From contig SMSO01000007.1 in the NCBI GenBank assembly GCA_004764695.1, forward strand, positions 186,001-250,000: DNA of 64,000 nt, in the 5' to 3' direction. The position numbers were made by a program, and so were the translations under genes. Below are positions 56,026 through 64,000 of the stretch, piece after piece. Under the pieces are notes generated by a model, which was given only the letters and a program-made list of their open reading frames with translations, ran no database searches and was not told the DNA's origin. How positions within the stretch are numbered: the stretch's first letter is position 1; every line of letters begins with the position of its first letter. This stretch comes from Schizochytrium sp. TIO01. Its lineage: Eukaryota; Protista; Bigyra: Labyrinthulomycetes.

Positions 56026-58202
56026 ATGTTGCATTTACCTATCAGGCCTGGCATACCATTCTTGGAATGTGTTCGCTGTACTGTTTCGTGTAGTACTGTT
56101 GTTTGTCTTCCAACTATCCATTGATTTCATATATTCATTTTCTAAACTTTAAGATCCAAGCCTACCTTTTTACAATGGAGTTTCCTACGACCTTCAGTCG
56201 TCGAAGATGCTCAGATTCCATCTTCTCTCGTTAAAGCCCAAACGCTCGATTTGCAGCTCGCTCAGGTTCCAATTGCAAGTCTACCTTAAAGACCTATACC
56301 TAGTACATTGTGTCGCAACGAAAGTCAAAATTCAGGTCAGAAATTACTATCAACTTTTTGTCAACTCATTGCATTAATCAAATATATTCTTAGCTCAAGA
56401 TACGAAAAAGAGATCTATCAAAATTCATTCGTGCGCCAATTGAGACTTCACAGGTCCATTATTTAAGTATCTCTTAGTAAGGAGGAATAAGTTGCTAGGT
56501 GCTGAATTGCAAACAACCCTCAAACTAGAGAATTTGTTTCCCCTATTCAGAAGAGACTACATAAATTTATTATTTTTGTTGTAACTTCTTGCGAAGTGAT
56601 TTCATCTGTTCTACCTGATTAAGTCAAGCTTCTACGAGGGTATCACCAATCCTGCTGCTCAGTCAATGTGAGTTCCTCTCAGAGAGTATATATCCTCGCT
56701 TTTTGTATGGACATCGCTTTGTATCAAATCTCAAGTAGCCACAACATCTATTAAATATACATGCAAACATCAGAATTTCAGAAATTCTTTCGATTCTTCT
56801 GCTCTGTATTGTCTATTATGCCTTGCAGACAAAGTTGCGGTCCGACCAGTTTTGACTTTCAGCAAGCAAAAGCACACGCCCAAGATAAATAGGAAGGTCC
56901 CTGAGGTCAATGTAGATGAAGATCGGGACGCCGCGTTCAAAGTTCTCAATGCAAGGTGCCAACTATACTATATTCATAAACTAGATCATTCCCATCTCAC
57001 TTGGAATAGACGTTAGGGCAAAGGCGCCGATTACATCCAGAGGTGATTCAGATAAAACAGGTTGCATCGAACTCATCGACAAATATAGGTAAGGCCTTAA
57101 CGAAAACGACTATGTATGCAACTTCTCCGGACTTTTCCCCCAAATGATCTCTGTCGCCGAGTAACATGCAATCGCAAAGAACAATAATCCCAATTTCATC
57201 AAGCCAGACCTTGTTATTTCAGCAACTAGCTGCACGCACTAGCTTAGTTAATTTGATTGATCACCAAGCAAGGACTTTCGCCATCTAGATACATCCCTAC
57301 ACCTCTCTACTACAAAACCCCAAACAATTGCTCAACCGTACGTACAACGCTCCCACTCGAATTCGAAATCCACAACAAAGTCGACTCCGATGTCATTAGA
57401 ACCAAAACATCAATTGGCATTCCTTGAGTGATTTAATACAGACTAAGTACGTCTTCTCCAATCTCAGCGCATGAATTGAGATCAGATTCCACTCGCTTCC
57501 AGTTTCTTCGTGCCCGCATCTCATCCGCATTCCACTTGGCCTCAAACGGTTAATTAGTAGAAACTATAGCACCTATAGTAGGACCGCAGCAAATATGGAC
57601 AATTGCGGCAGTCAGCAGACCTCTAACTCGCTGCTGCTAACTACGCTCTAACCACCTCAGCAGCGCTCTCGTCCGGTTCACGCGAGGTCCACAGCGCTGC
57701 GAGACGGGAGGCGACTGGAGCTCAGCCCGGAGAGCCCTCGCAGGCTGCTGCTTGGGCGCTGAGGCGAGCTCGCTCTGGCGGTGGTTCGTCTATCAAGCAG
57801 CAGCAACCCTGGTGGTTTAATAGGCGCTAATAGGGGCAGCTGCGGAAATTCACTGCGAAGCGGTAGGATTTGCCACGAAGCGAAGCTTGTTAAGGGGAAT
57901 CAAACCTGCAAGCGGTAGGAGGACTGAGAAATTCTTGTTTGGTTAAAAAGTGGGCTTGGAGCAGAAATCTACAGTCTACAAGCCATAGACCAACTGCCAG
58001 ACACTGAAACCAAACTTGAGCCCAAGATCGCATATTCGCGGCTTCTGAGGGCCTACAAGCCATCTCCACGACTTTCCTATTGAATAGTGAAGCCAGCGCA
58101 TTGTTTATTGGCGGTTTCACTGCTGTGCACGGAGCAGACGCACACAAAGAGTGCTGGATAGATATTCCAAGGTGATTTCCTGGACTTCTACCGACTATCA
58201 CG

Positions 58203-61004
58203 ATGGCTGTTGAGAGCAATGCGTATCGCGTGGGTGCTGACGGCAAACGCTACCCGAGGTATTATCGTGGAGAAGCGGCACTAAGCCGTGAAGACTCTGT
58301 CACAAGCGCTGAGGTTGGAGTGAATGGAGGTGAGCCGTCGGATACTTTAAAAGCTGAAAATGTGGCTGGAGCTGGAAATGAAAGCACACCGTCGAGACCT
58401 AAGCGGCATCGCCTGAGACCACAAAACTTTATCCACTATCGTCAGGAGGATGAAGTTGGTACACCGGGTGCTCCGTTGCCGCGTATGGATGATGAAGAAA
58501 TTGACCCATACGAAGACCTCATATTTTGGACCAAATGCCATAACCACCCGTACTGGCCATCTGTCAAGTGCACTGAAGAGGAAGTCGAAGTCATGAAAGT
58601 CCGCGATGGAATCAATATTGAAAAGGAAACTGAGAAGGCAGGCACACCAGTGACTGTTGTGAATTTCCTTGGCAGCAACAACATAGGTATTGTCAAGACT
58701 TCTGAGATCTTGTCGTATAGTAAACACTTCGATTATCACTCACGCAGAAAGAATGGATTGCAGTTTCGTATGGGTCTCGAAAAGGCAGATGAGCTTGTGC
58801 TTCAGGCTCGTGCCTTGAAGGACCCGTCCACAGCATGCACAGTTTGCACAAAGAACGTTGTTCATACAGATACAGAGAACGTTGAGGCTGGCTCGGACGA
58901 TGGAATTCGCTGCGCGCGCTGCCTAGCTCATGCCCATGCACGCTGTACTGAGCGCTCTGGGACCATGGCCAACCCATTCGGAAACGAGTTCCCCCCTGTT
59001 TGGTTTTGCAGCACTTGCACGAAGCACGCACCAGTGACCTTGCGGGCTCGCACTGACCAGGAAGCCAAAGCATTGAAGCGTGAACTTAAGCGAAAGACTC
59101 AGAAGGCCGATTCTGCCCGTAAGCCTAAACTCTCTGCAGCGCAAAGTGAAAAGCGAAATGGGAGCTCTGATCAGTCATCTGTCACCGACATTACCCGCAC
59201 CCCTACCAAAGATCGTTCCGGTAGCACAAACGGCATGTCTCTTGGGACTCCAGTCAAAGAAACTAGCAGTGCTTCAGTCAAAGACAATGCCAGCGTAACG
59301 AACACTGTTTCGCATACAAATAATACAGGCAAGCGCAAGGATGTGGACTCCCAAGATACGCACGAGGATATTTGTTTCATATGTAACGATGGTGGCGTGC
59401 TACTCATGTGCGACTATCCAGGTTGTCCCAAATCGTACCACCAGCAGTGTCTTCGAGGCTTCGAAGGCGCTTCTGATGATGATGAAGAAGATGACGAAAA
59501 AGAATGGTATTGCCCATGGCACACTTGTGCCGTTTGTGGTGCCAATGAAGGCCACAACACAGTTGCTCCTACCCCTTCGAAAAAAGGCCGAGGCAATGCA
59601 GCTGGAACCAATAGTGCCTCAAACAGCTCCAATAGTGGGAATGGAAACGGCTCTGGTGGTTCCCAGAATATTGGCCGAAAGCGTACGAGCCTCCCGGCTC
59701 CTCCAACGTTGGTATCCATCAAAGCTCCACAGGTGATGGATGCTGACCCGAAGCCTAGCACGCCAGCCAAATTAGAAAGGACCGGTTCCGACATCATAGA
59801 CGGGTTTATTCGATGCGCTACCTGCCCTACGAGCTTATGTATGAAGCACATGCGTGCTACGCGTCCTGTATTTGATGGCTCACATCACTTCGTACCGCCT
59901 GCGATTTCCCGTCCTGCTAAACGAGGATACTTTAAGTGCATGCACTGTTTTGGGGGAGCTTGTGATGGTTCTCCACATAACATCTCACCAATTGTCCAGC
60001 TTGCTCTCTTGTTGCACCGTGTTTGGTCTCGTGTAGTGAACTCGCATGATCGTATGTGCAAGATCTTTCTTGAGGACATTGACGAAACACGCATATCAGC
60101 CAAGGGGCGCCGCGCCTTGGAGGCTGCGCGCAAGAGTGGTGCTGTTCGTGGTCTTTTCGATGTTCGCAATAAGGTGTGGCGTCTCGAATACCATACCTGG
60201 GCTGCATTTGAAAACGATGTCAACACTGTATCAAATTTTGTTCTTGCAGTGTACGGTGGCGCGAGTTCACTAATTCGAGAGACCTGCAAGACTCTTCCTA
60301 TCTTGCTTACTCAGGCACTCAATGCGTTCGCTCAACCAATCACTGATACAGAAGAACGTATTCGAGAACTTGGTGATTTGCCAGAACCTGTCTCGGAGCA
60401 AGATGCTTTCCATTCTGGCTGTTTGTTTCCCAGCGTTGTTCTCAGTGATACACATAGTACCGAGCCTCGCACAGTAGCTAAACGCCGTTCGTTTGACGAG
60501 TGGGAGCAATACCTAGAGAACTCCTCATTCCTCGCCTCAAAGAAACTGAAGGATCCTGGTGCACATCCGGCCCGCGAAGAAGCACGGGGTATTGCTGCAG
60601 CTCTTTTGGCAGCTGCGGAGTCAGCAGGTGGCTTTAATGATCATCTGCCTCCCTCTCGACAGTCTTTGGATGAAATGTTGGAGAATCAAAGTATGGTGCT
60701 TCGTTCTGCGCTTCGTAGTACTGCTATACTGCGTGATGCTGTGTCAAAAACTCTTGAAGGCTTTCACTCTGACGAGCTTTCATCAGATGGCGTGGTAACT
60801 CTTGGAGAGATGCGCCTTGCTGCCGAATATCGCATGGTGAATCGTAATCTGCGAGCTAAGAACGAAAACCTTCTAAATCTTCTCAATCTTGAGCGCGCGG
60901 CGCGTGAGCAACTAGAGTTTCGTGTGAAGGAGCTTGAAGAACAACTTGGACGAAAGTCTAAATTCTCGAGTTCCGGGCCTCCTGCAAAGCGATCCAAGCG
61001 GTAA
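58203..61004 (+). CDS. Chromatin reader: PWWP + PHD + NSD-type PHD/C5HCH + degenerate bromodomain-like region + C-terminal coiled coil
   Basis: PWWP: FWTKCHNHPYWPS...VNFLGS. PHD: CTVC...IRCARC..HAHARC...WFCSTC. NSD-like: HEDICFICNDGGVLLMCDYPGCPKSYHQQCL...WYCPWHTCAVC...CATCPTSLCMKH. Bromo-like: LFDVRNKVWRLEYHTWAAFENDV. Confidence 0.85.
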   Translation: MAVESNAYRVGADGKRYPRYYRGEAALSREDSVTSAEVGVNGGEPSDTLKAENVAGAGNESTPSRPKRHRLRPQNFIHYRQEDEVGTPGAPLPRMDDEEIDPYEDLIFWTKCHNHPYWPSVKCTEEEVEVMKVRDGINIEKETEKAGTPVTVVNFLGSNNIGIVKTSEILSYSKHFDYHSRRKNGLQFRMGLEKADELVLQARALKDPSTACTVCTKNVVHTDTENVEAGSDDGIRCARCLAHAHARCTERSGTMANPFGNEFPPVWFCSTCTKHAPVTLRARTDQEAKALKRELKRKTQKADSARKPKLSAAQSEKRNGSSDQSSVTDITRTPTKDRSGSTNGMSLGTPVKETSSASVKDNASVTNTVSHTNNTGKRKDVDSQDTHEDICFICNDGGVLLMCDYPGCPKSYHQQCLRGFEGASDDDEEDDEKEWYCPWHTCAVCGANEGHNTVAPTPSKKGRGNAAGTNSASNSSNSGNGNGSGGSQNIGRKRTSLPAPPTLVSIKAPQVMDADPKPSTPAKLERTGSDIIDGFIRCATCPTSLCMKHMRATRPVFDGSHHFVPPAISRPAKRGYFKCMHCFGGACDGSPHNISPIVQLALLLHRVWSRVVNSHDRMCKIFLEDIDETRISAKGRRALEAARKSGAVRGLFDVRNKVWRLEYHTWAAFENDVNTVSNFVLAVYGGASSLIRETCKTLPILLTQALNAFAQPITDTEERIRELGDLPEPVSEQDAFHSGCLFPSVVLSDTHSTEPRTVAKRRSFDEWEQYLENSSFLASKKLKDPGAHPAREEARGIAAALLAAAESAGGFNDHLPPSRQSLDEMLENQSMVLRSALRSTAILRDAVSKTLEGFHSDELSSDGVVTLGEMRLAAEYRMVNRNLRAKNENLLNLLNLERAAREQLEFRVKELEEQLGRKSKFSSSGPPAKRSKR

Positions 61005-62917
61005 GTAGAAACTTTTTACCTTCTTGACTTTTGAAAATTTGCCGCAACTACTTCGTGACAATGTGTCTTGCTTGGCCCTTCGCAATTCTTCGCCGGCTGT
61101 ATTTGCCAAAAGATGAAACCAAAAACAACAAAACCTTGTCTCCTACTATTTCAGTAAATAAACACATTACAAAGTCTACATCTTTCATCTCGAATTCCAA
61201 AACTCTTATTGATAGAGCTGTTTATCATTATTGTCTGTCTACATTATCCGTTGATTCATTGGAAAACTTGCTCACTAGTTCGAAACCAAAATTCACATAC
61301 TGGATTCACAAAATTTATTGGCGTCTGTCTACCTATCGCTACACAAGGTTAAGCTTGAATGTTCGAGTATTAGTTAAACACCACCTCTAGGTTATTGTAA
61401 GCTCTTGAGGTTGTATTTGAAAGGCTAAAGAGATTATGGCTAGACAAGTAGACAAACAATTTCAGAACTACAACAAGAAAATCTTATTTTAAAGTCAAAT
61501 ATATAAATGCACTTGCTGTTTATCACGAGTAATATTACAGCTTCAGTGTTGAATATTAAGGGCGGATCCCGATATGCAGTTTAGGAACAGTACATACGTC
61601 ACTTCATTGCAGCGGTTGTCTACAAAGAATGTGCAGAAGAGACATAAGTCTTCAAACGTATTTCAGTGTTATGGTGGGATCTGAATACTATTAAACCATT
61701 TTTGTCGGTGATGACTTTGAAGCTTTTTGACAGTCTCAAATTCTTAAATAATGAAGGATTTCCTCAGAAGATACCGGGGTGCTGAGTGCTCAGCTGTTGT
61801 ACAAAAGTCACACTCATCCTGAATGTCTGAGAAAATGATGGTGCTTAAATTAGTTAGACTTTATCCTGTTGTAAGGCATACTAAAAAGTAATTTGGTTTA
61901 GTCATCATGTACGGAGCTTCTTTGGAAAAAAAAAAAAAGTCTTTCAAGAATGTGCGTAGTTGCGACTGTAAGGAAAAAGAACTAATAGGTTCTACCATGG
62001 CAGGTGGCTTTTGCTCCTGCAAATGTAAAAATGCAATGAAAAGCTAAGCAGAGAAATTATCAGCAAGGTTAAATGATTTGAAAGCTTTCGAATAATATTC
62101 TGGTCAAGATGTGGACTATTTCTACAAATGTTCTGAACAACAAGCTTTCACATATTCCAACATTGTAGAATAAAAGGATAGCTTTGTGTAAGGATAGCGC
62201 TCGCCCAAAGTTACCAGCCAAACCAAACGATGTCAAGTTGATGCCACAAATGTAGATTGGAGAGGTTATTCATACGTCCTTTGTATGTGTATATTTCGGA
62301 GGCAATGTCGCAGCCATCGAGCTTTGCATATGAATGCTCCATCTGCTCAAATCAATTATATATAGAATGTGAGTTCATTTCATGTGTCATGACCATAGTC
62401 TACCAGCATGCTGCTCATTGTGTCTCTAAATGTGTCTCTTAGATACCTAATGGCTTTTCATGCAGATTTTTACACTTAGAAACGGGTCAAACGAATCTTC
62501 AACTTTTGTCCAAGAGTGACTTGAAACGTCGACATCATGTTTCATGAAGTGAAATGTATTCATTTATAATTTATGTTGTTTCCAAAAACCCCTCTCATCC
62601 AACTTTCGCAAGACGTCTATGCTGCTGATACAATTATCTCTTCCGAAATCATTAAAATTCCGGTCTTAATTATCTCACCCAAGTCTCCCTCACATGCAGT
62701 ACGAAGAGGAAGATTCATAAGTTGATCAAACCTGTTATCATCCTTCACAAATTCATAATTTGAGATCTTTGCTTTGAAACATTTCGAGTTGCGTTGCCTA
62801 TGATCTGTGTACTTTAGCAATTGAAAAAGACTCTTTTCGGGTTTCTGAATCGAGTTAACACTTGGAGGATCTTATGCTCCACTTGGACAATTTAACTGAT
62901 GGTTTGTAGAGCTGAAA

Positions 62918-64000
62918 CTAGTAAAATATCGAGGTTGAATTTGGCTCAAACGAACAGGGCTCACAGGAACAGTTGTCAAATTTCCCGTCAAGCATGTCAT
63001 AGAGAGCACCTGCGGCGTTGATACGTTTCATCTGAGCAACAATACGTCGAACTCCAATGCGAGTTTGCAGAGAATCCATCAAGTTTGCAAACCCTCCAAA
63101 GAATATGAAAGCATACAACGTATAGAATGAATGCATGCGATATTGTAGAATACATTCATCGTACGAGGGAATTTGGTCAAGAGGGACTCCGTTACGGTGA
63201 AGTTCAGAAAGGTAATAGCGTAGAAGTTCTTCCTCGTCTTGGGCAAGGGCGTCCTCTGGATAGCTTGAGCCGAGAAAATATGTCACATCGCGCATAGGAT
63301 GCTCCTCACACTTCGTTTGGAAGTCAAAGGTACCCACAACACCAGTATGAGTGATGTAAAAATTGCCAATGTGCGGGTCTCCATGGCAGAGCGTCTTATT
63401 ACCTGGGCGAGACCAGAACTGGCGCAGCTTGGGCCAATGCCAAAGCGCTGTCAGGAAGACTCTTTGCATGTCAACATCAACAAGGTTGTGGGATGATGCT
63501 TGTTGAGCATTGTGCAGTGTGTACATCCCCATGAAAGCCGGCAAGTAAGGACGACGTTGGTCATTCCAGACACCAGAAGGAACGTGATTCCAGTACTTTG
63601 CATGGATTTTACTCAACGTGGAAAGTACACGTTTCGCGAGAGACTTAGAAATCTGTGTATCCCAAATGTTGGGGAACTCCACATCCTGGTATCTCAAATC
63701 ATCCATTGCTAAAACGAAGCGGCTCGGCGTCCATTGCGCAATGTGAATATGCGGAGTTAGTACAGGGAGGCGGAGGGCTGCATAGGTATGAAGCTCATTT
63801 CGGTAAACATCATAGGAAGACATGAGAACTCTCACAATCCATTTTCGAGCCTGAATTTTTGCAAAGATTGGTGTCGAGGTGCTTGCAACACCTTGCTGCT
63901 GAAAATTTGCTTCATCAGTATATGTGACCTTGAGCCAGGTCCTCTCTGTGCTATTTGCATGCTGTTCAAGTCGATCCGCAAATGAAACTTGGCTAACCGA
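62918..64000 (-). CDS. APH/choline/ecdysteroid-kinase-like (EcKinase/CHK) phosphotransferase; 5' end lies beyond the window
   Basis: Brenner-type motif TLCHGDPHIGNF, metal-binding FDFQ, HPMRDVTYFL, LLRYYLSEL. The frame stays open from 63835 to the window edge (SVSQVSF...IFAKIQARKW). Confidence 0.85.
   Translation of the reverse strand, partial: SVSQVSFADRLEQHANSTERTWLKVTYTDEANFQQQGVASTSTPIFAKIQARKWIVRVLMSSYDVYRNELHTYAALRLPVLTPHIHIAQWTPSRFVLAMDDLRYQDVEFPNIWDTQISKSLAKRVLSTLSKIHAKYWNHVPSGVWNDQRRPYLPAFMGMYTLHNAQQASSHNLVDVDMQRVFLTALWHWPKLRQFWSRPGNKTLCHGDPHIGNFYITHTGVVGTFDFQTKCEEHPMRDVTYFLGSSYPEDALAQDEEELLRYYLSELHRNGVPLDQIPSYDECILQYRMHSFYTLYAFIFFGGFANLMDSLQTRIGVRRIVAQMKRINAAGALYDMLDGKFDNCSCEPCSFEPNSTSIFY

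Noticed and set aside
57180-57225. IKPDLVI resembling a PD-(D/E)xK motif of non-LTR retrotransposon endonucleases
   Set aside because: Isolated short match, with no RT or zinc-knuckle context.

Overview
Eukaryotic, intron-poor, roughly mid-GC nuclear DNA. Gene style is consistent with a stramenopile protist such as a thraustochytrid, which is an inference and not proven. Recognisable single-copy genes: a CM1/Cnn_1N coiled-coil MTOC protein, RPS8 (one intron), a SAP + SP-RING SUMO E3 ligase (SIZ1/PIAS-like), an ARM-repeat + BTB protein, ALG3, a CBS-domain protein, a TET/JBP-like 2OG-Fe(II) dioxygenase, a Sel1-repeat protein, a cytochrome b561-type membrane protein, a PWWP/PHD/bromo-like chromatin reader with no SET domain, and an APH/EcKinase-like phosphotransferase running off the right edge. 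The most unusual part is about 16.4-32.1 kb, a tandem array of ~5-kb units just downstream of the SUMO ligase. It carries three intact paralogues of an unrecognised acidic protein with a SIM-like motif, variable numbers of RRS[AT]RL-containing repeats and two putative folded domains. The copies show mosaic recombination and a tight cluster of purely non-synonymous changes. The window also holds three copies of a short Ty1/copia LTR with non-canonical TATTG...CAATA ends (one with a perfect 5-bp TSD) and internal TTAGG repeats, plus an RT-deleted copia remnant. All calls come from reading motifs by eye; no database searches were run.
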